A DNA stretch of 64,000 nucleotides, from the NCBI GenBank assembly GCA_038279365.1, contig JAYODI010000013.1, positions 23,406 through 87,405 on the forward strand. The letters are read 5' to 3'. Within the stretch, counting starts at the first letter, position 1. The number at the start of each line of letters is the position of its first letter. Of this stretch, positions 1-10,330 are shown piece by piece. Source of the stretch: Candidatus Latescibacterota bacterium. GTDB lineage: Bacteria > Latescibacterota > UBA2968. The translations under genes were made by a program, and so were the position numbers. The notes beneath the pieces were generated by a model. It was not told the DNA's origin. It ran no database searches and saw nothing but the letters and a program-made list of their open reading frames with translations.

Positions 1-255
1 TCAAAACCCAAATGGGACCTCACCATTCATATTTTTTTGGCCAAACACTGGCAAGGAACGCCCACCGAAAGCCTTGAAATTAAACCCCAATGGTTTCACC
101 CAAAAGAACTCCCCTACAATGCCATGTGGGCCGATGCTTCCTATTGGTATCACAGGGTGCTCAATGGCGAAAGAATTGAAGCCACCTTTACATTTAATTC
201 TGACAATGAAACGATCAACACGTTTCGGTTTCACAATGACGAGGCGATTTCTTAA
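1..255 (+). CDS. NUDIX hydrolase, 8-oxo-dGTP diphosphatase (MTH1/NUDT1-like), C-terminal part; 5' end lies outside the window
   Basis: Frame open from base 1 (SKPKWDLTIHIFLAKHWQGTPTESLEIKPQWF..LPYNAMWADASYW) resembles the GxPxESEEMxPxWF..PYxxMWxDD C-terminus of NUDT1-like proteins. Confidence 0.7.
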   Translation, partial: SKPKWDLTIHIFLAKHWQGTPTESLEIKPQWFHPKELPYNAMWADASYWYHRVLNGERIEATFTFNSDNETINTFRFHNDEAIS

Positions 256-348
256 GGCTTATCACACAATCAGCAGGAACCGCGTACAATCCACCTTGTT
301 ATCTCTCTCAAATGATGTGATTGTTGTAGAATATTTTCAGAAACTGGG

Positions 349-446
349 TTGACTTTAGGCGTATAACTGCCGATAATTTTCAATGTGCTTTCTTTAGGGT
401 GTCGTCAAATATTTAAACTTGACAACACAGATAAAAACACTATATA
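349..446 (+). promoter_or_regulatory. Tandem sigma70-like promoters upstream of the sigma factor gene
   Basis: TTGACT-N17-GATAAT (349-377) and TTGACA-N16-TATATA (419-446). Confidence 0.55.
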
Positions 447-506
447 CAGATTTTAAGAAAATCTAATACGTGGTGTTAGTTCTCTCCGAAGAACGAGGTG
501 ATTGGA

Positions 507-1373
507 TTGGCAAGACTAACGGCATCATCTAATGACGCAAAAGATGCGTTGCATCGCTACCTTGAAGATGTGGCTTCATCACAGCCATTGTCATCAAAAG
601 AAGAAGTGGCCCTTGCACAGCGCATCAAAAAAGGAGACCTCAAAGCACGTGCAACACTCGTGGAGGCCAATCTGCGATTTGTCATTACCGTTGCGCGCGA
701 TTACCAAAACCAAGGCGTTCCATTGGTAGATCTGATCAGTTCTGGCAACTTGGGGCTTATCACCGCTGCCGAACGCTTTGACGAAACCAAAGGCTTCAAG
801 TTTATCTCCTATGCCGTGTGGTGGATTCGCCAATCTATTTTACAAACCCTGGCCGAACATTCGCGCATTGTGCGCCTTCCCCTTAATCGAGTGGATCTTT
901 TACGGCGCATTTCTCGCTACACCAACACCCGCCAACAAGAAACCACCATTCGCCCACAAGAAGAAGAAATTGCCGACGAATTGGGGCTTACCGTCGAACA
1001 GGTGATGGACACCCTTGCAAGTGGGCAACGCATTTTATCGTTGGATGCCACATTGGGTGAAGGCGAAGACAACAGCCTTTTGGAAATTATGCCCGATGCC
1101 ACACAAGAATCGCCAGATACAATGGCGATGCGAAATTCCTTGGAGCACGAAATTGAATCGGCACTGGAAACATTAGACGAACGTGAACAACAAGTCATTC
1201 GCCTGTATTTTGGAATTGGTGGCAACCGAGAGTTGACACTCGAAGAAATTGGCTCACAGTTTCGCCTCACCCGAGAGCGTGTTCGCCAAATCAAAGAAAA
1301 AGCCCTGCGCAAACTTCGGCATCCTACACGGGGAAGAAAATTGATGCCGTATGCAGAGGAAGAAGGTGCTTAA
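507..1373 (+). CDS. rpoD: RNA polymerase sigma70 factor, short RpoD/SigA type lacking region 1.1
   Basis: Region 2 ANLRFV..GNLGL..AAERFDETKGFKFISYAVWWIRQSI; region 4 TLEEIG..LTRERVRQIKEKAL; TTG start at 507 follows GAGGTG (ORF track starts at 498). Confidence 0.85.
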   Translation: MARLTASSNDAKDALHRYLEDVASSQPLSSKEEVALAQRIKKGDLKARATLVEANLRFVITVARDYQNQGVPLVDLISSGNLGLITAAERFDETKGFKFISYAVWWIRQSILQTLAEHSRIVRLPLNRVDLLRRISRYTNTRQQETTIRPQEEEIADELGLTVEQVMDTLASGQRILSLDATLGEGEDNSLLEIMPDATQESPDTMAMRNSLEHEIESALETLDEREQQVIRLYFGIGGNRELTLEEIGSQFRLTRERVRQIKEKALRKLRHPTRGRKLMPYAEEEGA

Positions 1374-1392
1374 GGTTTCTTGTTTATAAAAT

Positions 1393-1428
1393 AAAAAGGC
1401 GTGTGATCACAAATCACACGCCTTTTTT
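1393..1428. terminator. Bidirectional intrinsic terminator between convergent rpoD and murD
   Basis: AAAAAGGCGTGTGAT-cacaa-ATCACACGCCTTTTTT. Confidence 0.85.
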
Positions 1429-1512
1429 GTCTTCTGCAAGACACCTTCTTTAGCCCTCCCCTTGGGGCCCATTCAAGTTTTTGGGTGCCCTCTTGTTCAA
1501 ATTTCATATCGC

Positions 1513-2883
1513 TCAGTGCGGTAATTGATCAACCAAGTCTTTGAATGTATTTCCGCGCGCTTCGAAGTTTAAAAACTGGTCATAGCTTGCTGATGCAGGT
1601 GAGAGCAATACCGTTTGGTGGGGGGTTGCCAAACGGTGGGCCAAAGAAACAGCTGAAGGCAAATCTTTCACAAAGTGAATGTGTGTGTTTGCTGTTTTGG
1701 GAACCACGTTTGCAATGACTTGGGCCGTTTGCCCCATCACAATCAGATGCGCCACTTTATTTGCAATGGCCTGCGCCAAACCATCATATGGAATTTTTTT
1801 GTCGTATCCGCCAGCAATCAATATACAGGCACGATCCATAGCGCTTAATGCAACAAGGGTGCGATCGGGGCTTGTGGCAATGGAATCGTTCACGTAAGTA
1901 ACATCATTGATCACGGCCACGCGTTCTAAACGATGAGGAACACCCGTGAATGACCGAAGCACCGACACAATATCCTCATTGGGCACACCACACACAAGAG
2001 CCACACCAACCGCAGCCAATGCGTTGGCCAAATTGTGACGGCCTGGCAATTGTACCCCATCTACATGACAAATGGTGCCAACCGCATCCCCTTTTTTATA
2101 CATCACCTTATCATCACAAACAAATACACCCTTACTACACGCGCCAGATACGCTAAACGGAAGATGCAGTCCATCACCTTGCCATAGACTTACATCGCCA
2201 TCATCCGCATTTACAATGGCCCAGTCGCTTGCCATTTGATGAGCAAGTATGTTTTGCTTGGCACACCGATAGGCGTCTAATGAACCATGAATATCAATGT
2301 GATTGGGTGCAAAGTTGGTCACCACACCAATGTGTGGGCTCCAAGATAAATCGCCCAAACGATCCAACTGAAAACTGGACAACTCCAATATCACAGGTGT
2401 ATCAGGTGAAATATGTTCCACATCGTCCAATAACGACCGACCTATATTCCCGCCCACCAACGTGCGTGGATCAACGCGTTTGAGCATCTCACCAATCAAG
2501 GTGGTCGTTGTGGTTTTGCCACTGCTGCCTGTCACGCCAATGATTTTGGCAGGGCAATATGTGACAAACAAACAAATCTCTGTTGTAATGGGAACGCCTG
2601 CTTTTTCTGCCGCCAATAAAAAAGGCGACGACCGGGGCACTGCTGGATTGGCCACCACCAAATCTGATTGGATAAAATCGCTTTCATCATGGCCACCCAA
2701 TTTCCATGTAACAGGCAAACCTTTCAAAGCATGTAATGAAGATGCCAATGCATCTTCAGAACGCAAATCCGTTACCGTTACACGTGCTCCTTGACGCACC
2801 AAAAAACGTGTGGCCCCCACCCCACCACCAAACAAACCCAGCCCCATCACCAACACCCGTTTGCCCCTCAAATCGTGCCTCAT
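1513..2883 (-). CDS. murD: UDP-N-acetylmuramoyl-L-alanine--D-glutamate ligase
   Basis: GLGLFGGG, VTGSSGKTTTT, GGNIG, ELSSFQL, HRLE, NDSIAT, LSPASASYDQF.NFEARG motifs. Confidence 0.95.
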   Translation of the reverse strand: MRHDLRGKRVLVMGLGLFGGGVGATRFLVRQGARVTVTDLRSEDALASSLHALKGLPVTWKLGGHDESDFIQSDLVVANPAVPRSSPFLLAAEKAGVPITTEICLFVTYCPAKIIGVTGSSGKTTTTTLIGEMLKRVDPRTLVGGNIGRSLLDDVEHISPDTPVILELSSFQLDRLGDLSWSPHIGVVTNFAPNHIDIHGSLDAYRCAKQNILAHQMASDWAIVNADDGDVSLWQGDGLHLPFSVSGACSKGVFVCDDKVMYKKGDAVGTICHVDGVQLPGRHNLANALAAVGVALVCGVPNEDIVSVLRSFTGVPHRLERVAVINDVTYVNDSIATSPDRTLVALSAMDRACILIAGGYDKKIPYDGLAQAIANKVAHLIVMGQTAQVIANVVPKTANTHIHFVKDLPSAVSLAHRLATPHQTVLLSPASASYDQFLNFEARGNTFKDLVDQLPH

Positions 2884-2910
2884 AACACCCTTTCACCTTT
2901 GCTAAATACT

Positions 2911-3879
2911 TTATGCCCCCACATCGCGCCCGTCTAAAATAAAAGTCAACACTTCGGCAGTGGTCAAAAGATCCAAGGCATTGTGATGCAAAATATCGCG
3001 CATTTGTACGGCATTGCCCGACTGCACAAACCGGTGATAGGCATCGGGAATATCTGCTCCTGGAATATCACCACGTCGAACCCGTTTACAAATGTATTGT
3101 TCCAATGTTTGCAACTTACAATTGGGCAACCGCTTGCGCCACCGACGCCGACCAACATGCAACATGTCTATATGCGCTTGTTTGAGCTGAAAGGGAATGC
3201 CCATAAACAAAGACCTGTCGCGAATATAAGGCAGGTCATATGTTTTGCCATTAAAACTCACCACCACATCGGATGCACTGAGCATATTGGCAAAATAAGA
3301 CAACAAAGCGGCTTCTTCTGTATAGTCTCTTGCCAACAATTGTTGTACACGCAACTCCCCCTTCCAATAGCCCAACACACCGATCAAAAACAGGGGGGTG
3401 CCTGCCGTTAGTCCCGTGGCCTCAATATCGACATATATCACATCTTCGGGTTTGGCATCAATAAGCGCATCAAATGTGTTGTGTGGATCGGATGGCACAT
3501 TGGCCAAATTGACACCATTGATCACCTTTACATAATGCGCCCGAAAGCCGTCGCCACTACCTGGCAACAACTCATCTATAGACAGATCAATTATAAAAAA
3601 CTGTCCGGCCTCCGTTTGAATTTCGGCCCCTTGAGCCACTTCATCCAAACGCAGTCTCAAACGTGCATCGGCCGCTGTGGCCATTACACGTAAATCTTTG
3701 GGCAACGGCAAAGGGGCTTGTGGAGCAGAAGGCTTTGACACTCGTCGTGATGTGGGCTTGGTTGCTTGTGCTGGCACCTCTGTTCTTTCGGGTACCTCAC
3801 CCACTTCAATATCGTCTTCATGTTTTAAATCACGCCGATTCAGCGCCGCAATGCGCTTGCGCATGTCTTCAGAAAGCAT
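2911..3879 (-). CDS. RNase H-like (RNase_H_2, YprB/MrfB-like) DEDD exonuclease
   Basis: YVDIEATGL, SFNGKTYDLPY, HIDMLH..RRRW, DIPGADIP..Y, HNALDL motifs; ATG at 3879 has GGAG 6 nt upstream. Confidence 0.85.
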   Translation of the reverse strand: MLSEDMRKRIAALNRRDLKHEDDIEVGEVPERTEVPAQATKPTSRRVSKPSAPQAPLPLPKDLRVMATAADARLRLRLDEVAQGAEIQTEAGQFFIIDLSIDELLPGSGDGFRAHYVKVINGVNLANVPSDPHNTFDALIDAKPEDVIYVDIEATGLTAGTPLFLIGVLGYWKGELRVQQLLARDYTEEAALLSYFANMLSASDVVVSFNGKTYDLPYIRDRSLFMGIPFQLKQAHIDMLHVGRRRWRKRLPNCKLQTLEQYICKRVRRGDIPGADIPDAYHRFVQSGNAVQMRDILHHNALDLLTTAEVLTFILDGRDVGA

Positions 3880-3936
3880 CACCATCTCCGCTACATAAAA
3901 TATCAACGCATAAGACAAAACATAACTGAATATACA

Positions 3937-6006
3937 TTGAGGAACACAAGCCCGTCAAGGCATAGGATCAGGTCAAATAATACTGGCATAAAACGACAGA
4001 TTTCATTATGTTGGCGCGTCACTTTTAAAGACCCATTGCGAAAGAACACATACTTGTTAAATAAAAATGTCATCACCTTCTTTCAACGCGTGTCACTTTG
4101 CTTGACGGTTATCTATGGCTTGGGTTGCTTGCCATCAGACCCAACAAATCAACCCGACCAGAAACAGGCCCAAGAAAAATCTGCAACAGAAACACCCCAT
4201 CACGCACCCGTACCCCAAACCATTGACCCACAAATATTATTAAATCGAAACTTTGGCGAAGCACCATTATTAACAGAACAAGCCAATAAGGGCAACATTC
4301 TTCAAGTCGCCCAGCGCTTACCAGAAAACCCCCTTGTGGTGGTGCCTCTTGAAGCCATTGGTCAATATGGTGGTGCCATTCAGCGCGGTTTAACGGGCGA
4401 TATTGCTCAGTGGCCAGGTATTGCAAAATGTATGGCAGAAAACCTATTGGCATTTAAACGGCCAATGGGAGATGGCATTGAACCCAATCTGGCAGAACAT
4501 TATGAATTTCAAGATGATGGCAGAATCGCCATCCTGCATTTTAGAAAAGGCGTTCGTTGGTCAGATGGGCACCCCTTTACGGTAGATGATGTCCTTTTTT
4601 ATTACAATGACATGCTCTTTAATGAGAATGCCCGCTCAAGTGATATCCCAACCCCACCACCGGCTTGGCTGGCAGATGGCAAACCCATTCTACTCGAAAA
4701 AATAGACGATTATACCCTGCGCATTCGCTCAACCAAACCCTTGGGCCGGTTGCGCGAAACATTGGCCTCTCCAAGTGATTTTGCTGCACCCAAACATTAT
4801 TGGAAACAGTTTCACCCCAAGTATACACCTGGTGCAGATTATGGCGAATTTCGCCAAAACACCACACGCGCCAAAATGCTGATGACACCTGGCATTCCCC
4901 GTTTGTCGGCGTGGGTTGCCAAAGATTGGATACGCGGTCAACGTATCGTTTATGAACGAAACCCTTATTATTGGAAAATAGACACGGCAGGCAACCAACT
5001 GCCCTATGCCGATCAAATCGTATTTAGTGTTATTGCAGACACACAAGTGATCTTGCTCAAATTTATGAATGGCGAAATTGACCTTTTTGGACGCTATTCC
5101 GATGTGAACATGTTTCACTCGCTCAAGTTAGAAGAGAAAAAAGGCGCTTTCAAAATTGTCATTTCTGGCCCCAATTCTGGCCCATCGTTTTATCTCAACT
5201 GGGATGTTGAAAAACCCGCACTCAGAGAAGCCTTTCGAAACAAAAATGTGCGCATTGCCCTCTCCCATGCCATCAACCGTGAAGAGGTCAACCAAATTCT
5301 TTACAAAGGTTTCCTCGAACCATCGGGCTATTCGTTTTTGCCAGGCAATCCTTATTTCTCACAAGAAAACTATCAAAAATACACCGAATACGATCCCGTT
5401 TTGGCCAACCGTCTATTAGACGAAGAAGGATACAGAGACACCGACGGAGATGGCATACGCGAGCTCAAAGATGGCTCACCCTTTCAAGTGATCATCGACG
5501 TTTCTGGCCGATCTTCCATTTCGGATATTTGTGAACTCGTTACAGATCATTGGGCAAAAATAGGCATCAAAGTACATACCTATGTGGCTATGCGAGACAT
5601 CATTTGGCCACGCCGTTTTAATGGTGAATTTGAAATTCATCAATGGGGGCTCGAAGGGCCAGGTGATCCATTAGACAGACTGGACGATTGGGCCATCACG
5701 GGCGCCAACACTCCCTTTTGGCACCGAAACGCATCGAAGGAAACACAACCGTGGTTCCAAGAAGCCACAGACCTCATGATCAAAGCAACAACCACCGTTG
5801 ACACGGCCCTTGTACGCACCTATATGGAACGGGCCAGTAGCTTGCATTCAGATAATGTGCCCGTTATCACCATTGGTTCAATCTATCGCATTTGGGGCAA
5901 AAGCACGCGCTTGGGCAATGTGCCTGATGACATCAGTTTTTTAAGTGTTCACGGCGCATGGGGCCGCCCCATATTTCACGAACAAATTTTTGTTAAGCGC
6001 AAATAA
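3937..6006 (+). CDS. ABC transporter family 5 (Opp/Dpp-like) substrate-binding lipoprotein 1; true start probably about 4036-4054
   Basis: Lipobox LGC; RLPENPLVV, GQYGG, RKGVRWSDGHPFTVDDV, ERNPYYWKIDTAGNQLPY. Confidence 0.9.
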   Translation: MRNTSPSRHRIRSNNTGIKRQISLCWRVTFKDPLRKNTYLLNKNVITFFQRVSLCLTVIYGLGCLPSDPTNQPDQKQAQEKSATETPHHAPVPQTIDPQILLNRNFGEAPLLTEQANKGNILQVAQRLPENPLVVVPLEAIGQYGGAIQRGLTGDIAQWPGIAKCMAENLLAFKRPMGDGIEPNLAEHYEFQDDGRIAILHFRKGVRWSDGHPFTVDDVLFYYNDMLFNENARSSDIPTPPPAWLADGKPILLEKIDDYTLRIRSTKPLGRLRETLASPSDFAAPKHYWKQFHPKYTPGADYGEFRQNTTRAKMLMTPGIPRLSAWVAKDWIRGQRIVYERNPYYWKIDTAGNQLPYADQIVFSVIADTQVILLKFMNGEIDLFGRYSDVNMFHSLKLEEKKGAFKIVISGPNSGPSFYLNWDVEKPALREAFRNKNVRIALSHAINREEVNQILYKGFLEPSGYSFLPGNPYFSQENYQKYTEYDPVLANRLLDEEGYRDTDGDGIRELKDGSPFQVIIDVSGRSSISDICELVTDHWAKIGIKVHTYVAMRDIIWPRRFNGEFEIHQWGLEGPGDPLDRLDDWAITGANTPFWHRNASKETQPWFQEATDLMIKATTTVDTALVRTYMERASSLHSDNVPVITIGSIYRIWGKSTRLGNVPDDISFLSVHGAWGRPIFHEQIFVKRK

Positions 6007-6176
6007 CATCCGTCTTTAACGCTCAAATCGGGTTAACAAACAACCCTTTGTATATTGGGCCCTGAACTTTTGACACGCACCTAAAAAATTGTAAGCTTTA
6101 TGAAACACACCTGCTTTATCAGCCACATTTTCGATTCGATGGAAATCCGATACGCCACCCATTGGACATATATTTT

Positions 6177-8117
6177 ATGATTTTTAAAACAGCAAAAAAA
6201 TGGCTTTTTCATTTTATCATCTGTAGCCCACTGTTCATCTTAACAGGTTGCTTGGCCTCAGATCCTGGTCATGTGGCCATAGGCACTCAGGCCACATCCA
6301 ATGCCGTCCATTTGGAAACCCGTGCGCCCAAGTACATTGACCCAACCATTTTAAAAAAACGCACATTTGGTGAAGCACCTATATTGGCCGAAAAAGTCAA
6401 ACGTGGCGAACTTCCTCCCGTATCAGAACGCCTACCCGAAAATCCATTGGTTGTCATCCCCATTGACACCATTGGTCAATATGGCGGAACTCTGCGTCGC
6501 GCCCTCACGGGTGACATTGTGCAAACCGCGGGTGTCAGCAAAACCCTCGGTGAAGATTTAATGGGGTTTTCACGCCCACTCCCCGACAGCATCGAATTTA
6601 ACTTGGCCGAAAGTTACGAATATCAAGACGGCGGAAAAACGGCCATCTTTAAATTGCGCAAAGGCATCAAGTGGTCAGATGGACATCCTTATACCGTTGA
6701 CGACATTCTGTTTTGGTATTACGACATGACGCTCAACGACGATGCCCGCGATGCCGTGTTGCCTCCCAGCGTGTGGTTTGTGGGCAAAGACCCCATCCAA
6801 ATGGAAAAGCTGGATGACCATACACTGAAGGTCAAATCGTCTGCCCCATTGGGGCGCGTACTTTACGCATTTAGTGGTGGCACCAGTGCCCAACCCAAAC
6901 ACTACTTTTCCCAATGGCACCCCAAATACAACCCAAATGCAACTTATGAGGCTTTTCGCGACAGCACATCTGCGGGGCAACTGAATCTTAAACCAGGTGT
7001 TCCCAGTCTCTCTGCTTGGGTACCTGTGGAATGGATTCGCGGCCAACGGATTGTTTATGAGCGCAATCCTTACTATCACAAAATAGATACGGAAGGCAAC
7101 CAATTGCCCTATGCAGATCGCATCACATTTACTGTTATCCAAGACCCACAGGTTATTTTGCTCAAATTTGTAAATGGCGAAATTGATCTCTTTGGACGCT
7201 ACTCCAAAGTAAGCATGTTTCCCACCCTCAAATCGGAAGAAAAAAAAGGCCGTTTCAAATTGCGCATCACTGGCCCAGATCGGGGCCCATCTTTTTATAT
7301 CAATTGGGACACGCCCAAACCCAATTTGCGCGAAGCCTTTCGCAACATAAACGTGCGCATTGCCATGTCGCACGCCATCAACCGCGAAGAAATCAACCAA
7401 ATTGTTTACCACGGCTTGCTTGAACCGGCCGGATATTCTTTTGGCCGATCCAACCCTTACTTTAATGAAGAAGCGTATCTCAAGTATTCCACATTCGATC
7501 CTGAAAAAGCCAAAGATATACTCGACAAAGCCGGCTACCGCGACACCGATGGCGATGGCTGGCGCGAGCTCAAAGATGGCTCACGTTTCGAATTTAACAT
7601 CGACGTGATTCCAGGTGAAGGTGTTGATGTATCGGAACTGGCATCTGAACAATGGCGTGAAATTGGCTTAAAAGCCAACCTCAACATTTCGTTGCGCGAC
7701 ATCATTTGGCCTCGCCGCCTCAACGGTGATTTTGATATTCACCAATGGGGGCAAGAAGGCCCCGCCGATCCATTGGGGCGCTTGAACGATTGGGCCATTA
7801 TGGCACCCACCGTTCCCTTTTGGCACAGAAATGCAACCGCAGATGGGCCAGAGTGGTTATACGAAGCCACCGATCTCATCAAAAAAACGCTGATTACCAT
7901 CGACCCAGAAAAAGTAAAAGCACAAATGTCGCGCGTGCGTGACTTGCACACAGACAACGTACCCGTCCTTACGGTTGGTTCATCTTTTTCAGTATGGGGC
8001 GCCAGCACCCGATTGGGCAATGTACCTTTTCAAGGCACAGGTGCCGATGTGTATCGGGGATGGAGTCGCCCCGTTTTTCACGAACAAATTTTCGTCAAAC
8101 AACCCACGGGCCAATAG
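6177..8117 (+). CDS. ABC transporter family 5 substrate-binding lipoprotein 2, paralog of the upstream gene
   Basis: Lipobox LTGC; same motifs as protein 1; TTGACA-N16-TAAGCT upstream at about 6070. Confidence 0.92.
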   Translation: MIFKTAKKWLFHFIICSPLFILTGCLASDPGHVAIGTQATSNAVHLETRAPKYIDPTILKKRTFGEAPILAEKVKRGELPPVSERLPENPLVVIPIDTIGQYGGTLRRALTGDIVQTAGVSKTLGEDLMGFSRPLPDSIEFNLAESYEYQDGGKTAIFKLRKGIKWSDGHPYTVDDILFWYYDMTLNDDARDAVLPPSVWFVGKDPIQMEKLDDHTLKVKSSAPLGRVLYAFSGGTSAQPKHYFSQWHPKYNPNATYEAFRDSTSAGQLNLKPGVPSLSAWVPVEWIRGQRIVYERNPYYHKIDTEGNQLPYADRITFTVIQDPQVILLKFVNGEIDLFGRYSKVSMFPTLKSEEKKGRFKLRITGPDRGPSFYINWDTPKPNLREAFRNINVRIAMSHAINREEINQIVYHGLLEPAGYSFGRSNPYFNEEAYLKYSTFDPEKAKDILDKAGYRDTDGDGWRELKDGSRFEFNIDVIPGEGVDVSELASEQWREIGLKANLNISLRDIIWPRRLNGDFDIHQWGQEGPADPLGRLNDWAIMAPTVPFWHRNATADGPEWLYEATDLIKKTLITIDPEKVKAQMSRVRDLHTDNVPVLTVGSSFSVWGASTRLGNVPFQGTGADVYRGWSRPVFHEQIFVKQPTGQ

Positions 8118-8183
8118 CAAGATGGTCGCTCTTGGCAAAATAAAAAATCTTAACCCCATCCTCCAATAGCTGGAGTAACAACT

Positions 8184-9182
8184 ATGCTCAATTACATCCT
8201 TCGTAGATTGTTACATATGATTCCCACCTTGATTCTGATTTCTATGGTCAGTTTCGCGGTGATTCAAGCACCGCCCGGAGATATGCTCACATCTCGCTTG
8301 GCCGAACTGGCCGAACAAGGTGAACTGGGCTCCGAAAGCGCAATGGCTCAAATAGAGGCCTTGCGAGAGCGTTATGGTCTTAATGACCCCATTTATGAGC
8401 AATATTTTCGCTGGATCAGTAAAATTATTTTTGAAGGCGATTTTGGTGAATCCTTCACTTACGAAATGGACGTGATTGAACTCTTGGCCGAACGCCTCGG
8501 GCTTACGTTGATGCTCACCTTGTCTACTCTTGTTTTCACGTGGGTCGTGGCCATTCCCATTGGCATCTATTCTGCCACACGGCAATATTCTCTTGGTGAT
8601 TATGGGTTCACATTTTTGGGGTTCATTGGTTTGGCCACGCCCAATTTTTTACTCGCCCTTGTGATCATGTTTATTCAGGTCACGGTTTTTGAAACCGCAT
8701 CGGTTGGGGGCCTTCTGTCACCTGAATACATTGGGGCAGATTGGTCTTGGGACAAATTTATGGATCTCTTGGCCCACATTTGGGTACCCATTTTGGTCAT
8801 TGGCACAGGCAGTACTGCTGGAGTTATTCGTATTATGCGTGGTAATCTGCTCGATATTTTGGGGCAACAACACATTCAAACCGGTCGTGCCAAAGGTCTC
8901 AAAGAAAGCAAAGTGATTGTCAAATATGGTGTGCGCATTGCCATCAACCCCCTGGTCAGTCGTTTGGGGCTTGAGTTACCAGGCTTGCTCTCTGGTGCTG
9001 TTGTTACAGGCATTGTGTTGGGTTTGCCAACAGCTGGCCCCATTTTTCTAACCGCGCTAACGTCCCAAGACATGTTCTTGGCGGGCGCGTTTTTGTTGTT
9101 ATCTGCTACCTTCTTGTTAATAGGCAACCTCCTGGCCGACATTTTATTGGCCTGGCTTGATCCGAGGATTCGATATGAGTAG
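8184..9182 (+). CDS. ABC transporter permease (OppB/DppB-like)
   Basis: MLNYILRRLL, GDFGESF, TGRAKGL EAA-like loop, LDPRIR C-terminus. Confidence 0.92.
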   Translation: MLNYILRRLLHMIPTLILISMVSFAVIQAPPGDMLTSRLAELAEQGELGSESAMAQIEALRERYGLNDPIYEQYFRWISKIIFEGDFGESFTYEMDVIELLAERLGLTLMLTLSTLVFTWVVAIPIGIYSATRQYSLGDYGFTFLGFIGLATPNFLLALVIMFIQVTVFETASVGGLLSPEYIGADWSWDKFMDLLAHIWVPILVIGTGSTAGVIRIMRGNLLDILGQQHIQTGRAKGLKESKVIVKYGVRIAINPLVSRLGLELPGLLSGAVVTGIVLGLPTAGPIFLTALTSQDMFLAGAFLLLSATFLLIGNLLADILLAWLDPRIRYE

Positions 9183-10326
9183 TGTCGCCGAAACACCCAC
9201 ACAAATGCCCGACCCCAATGCGCCCCCCGTTGTCGTAGAAAAAGCCACAACGGCAACGTATTCACAACGCAAGCTAATTTGGCGGCGTTTTAAAAAACAC
9301 AAAGCCGGCGTTGTGGGCGGTTATATTGTGGTCTTGCTCTATGCCTGTGTGTTCTTAGGAGAAATCTTAGCGCCCCACAACCCATCACACCGCTTTTACA
9401 AATTTGTGCATTTGCCCGCACAACGCATCCACATCTTCTCAGACGAGGGGATTCATTTTCCATTCGTCTACGGTATCAAAAGCAATTTTGATCGCCAAAC
9501 AGGCATCAAAACCTATACCGAAGATTCGAGCAAGCGATACACCATTTACCCATTTGCACGGGGGCATGAATATACGTTTTATGGCCTCTTCACTTCCAAC
9601 ATTCACCTGTTTGGCACCGGGCAAGACAACCCCATGTTTCTGCTTGGAACAGATCGTTTTGGGCGAGACATGCTTTCTCGCATTATTGTAGGCGGGCGCG
9701 TATCGCTCACCATTGGCCTTTTTGCTGTATTCATCAGTCTTACCCTGGGCTCGGTGCTCGGAGTGATTTCTGGTTTTTATGGTGGCCAAGTAGACAACGT
9801 CATTCAGCGCATCATCGAACTCATATTTGCCTTTCCGTCCATTCCCATTCTCATGGCCTTGAGTGCCATCTTACCACCCGAATGGCCTTCACACTTTGTC
9901 TTTATGGGCATTGTTACCGTACTCTCACTGGTGGGTTGGGGAGGCTTGGCACGTGAAATTCGTGGCAAAACCCTCTCCATTCGTGAGGCCGACTTTATCT
10001 TGGCCGCACGTGTGGTGGGCGCAAAAGATAATCGCATTATCTTTCGTCACCTTTTGCCCTCTATGTTTAGCCATATCATTGTCATCGCCACACTCGCCAT
10101 TCCGGGTTTTATTTTGGGCGAAAGCACTTTGAGCTTTCTCGGGTTGGGCATTAAACCCCCGATGACATCTTGGGGGTTGCTCTTATCAGATGCCATGAAC
10201 ATTCACTCCCTCAGCCTCTACCCATGGCTCTTGTTGCCAGGTGTGTGCATCATCATTGCCGTGTTGGCATTTAACTTCTTAGGTGACGGCTTGCGCGATG
10301 CTGCCGACCCTTATTCAAGCAGATAA
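9175..10326 (+). CDS. ABC transporter permease (OppC/DppC-like)
   Basis: LGTDRFGRDMLSR, ESTLSFLGLG, FNFLGDGLRDAADP; ATG overlaps the previous stop. Confidence 0.92.
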   Translation: MSSVAETPTQMPDPNAPPVVVEKATTATYSQRKLIWRRFKKHKAGVVGGYIVVLLYACVFLGEILAPHNPSHRFYKFVHLPAQRIHIFSDEGIHFPFVYGIKSNFDRQTGIKTYTEDSSKRYTIYPFARGHEYTFYGLFTSNIHLFGTGQDNPMFLLGTDRFGRDMLSRIIVGGRVSLTIGLFAVFISLTLGSVLGVISGFYGGQVDNVIQRIIELIFAFPSIPILMALSAILPPEWPSHFVFMGIVTVLSLVGWGGLAREIRGKTLSIREADFILAARVVGAKDNRIIFRHLLPSMFSHIIVIATLAIPGFILGESTLSFLGLGIKPPMTSWGLLLSDAMNIHSLSLYPWLLLPGVCIIIAVLAFNFLGDGLRDAADPYSSR

Positions 10327-10330
10327 ATCA

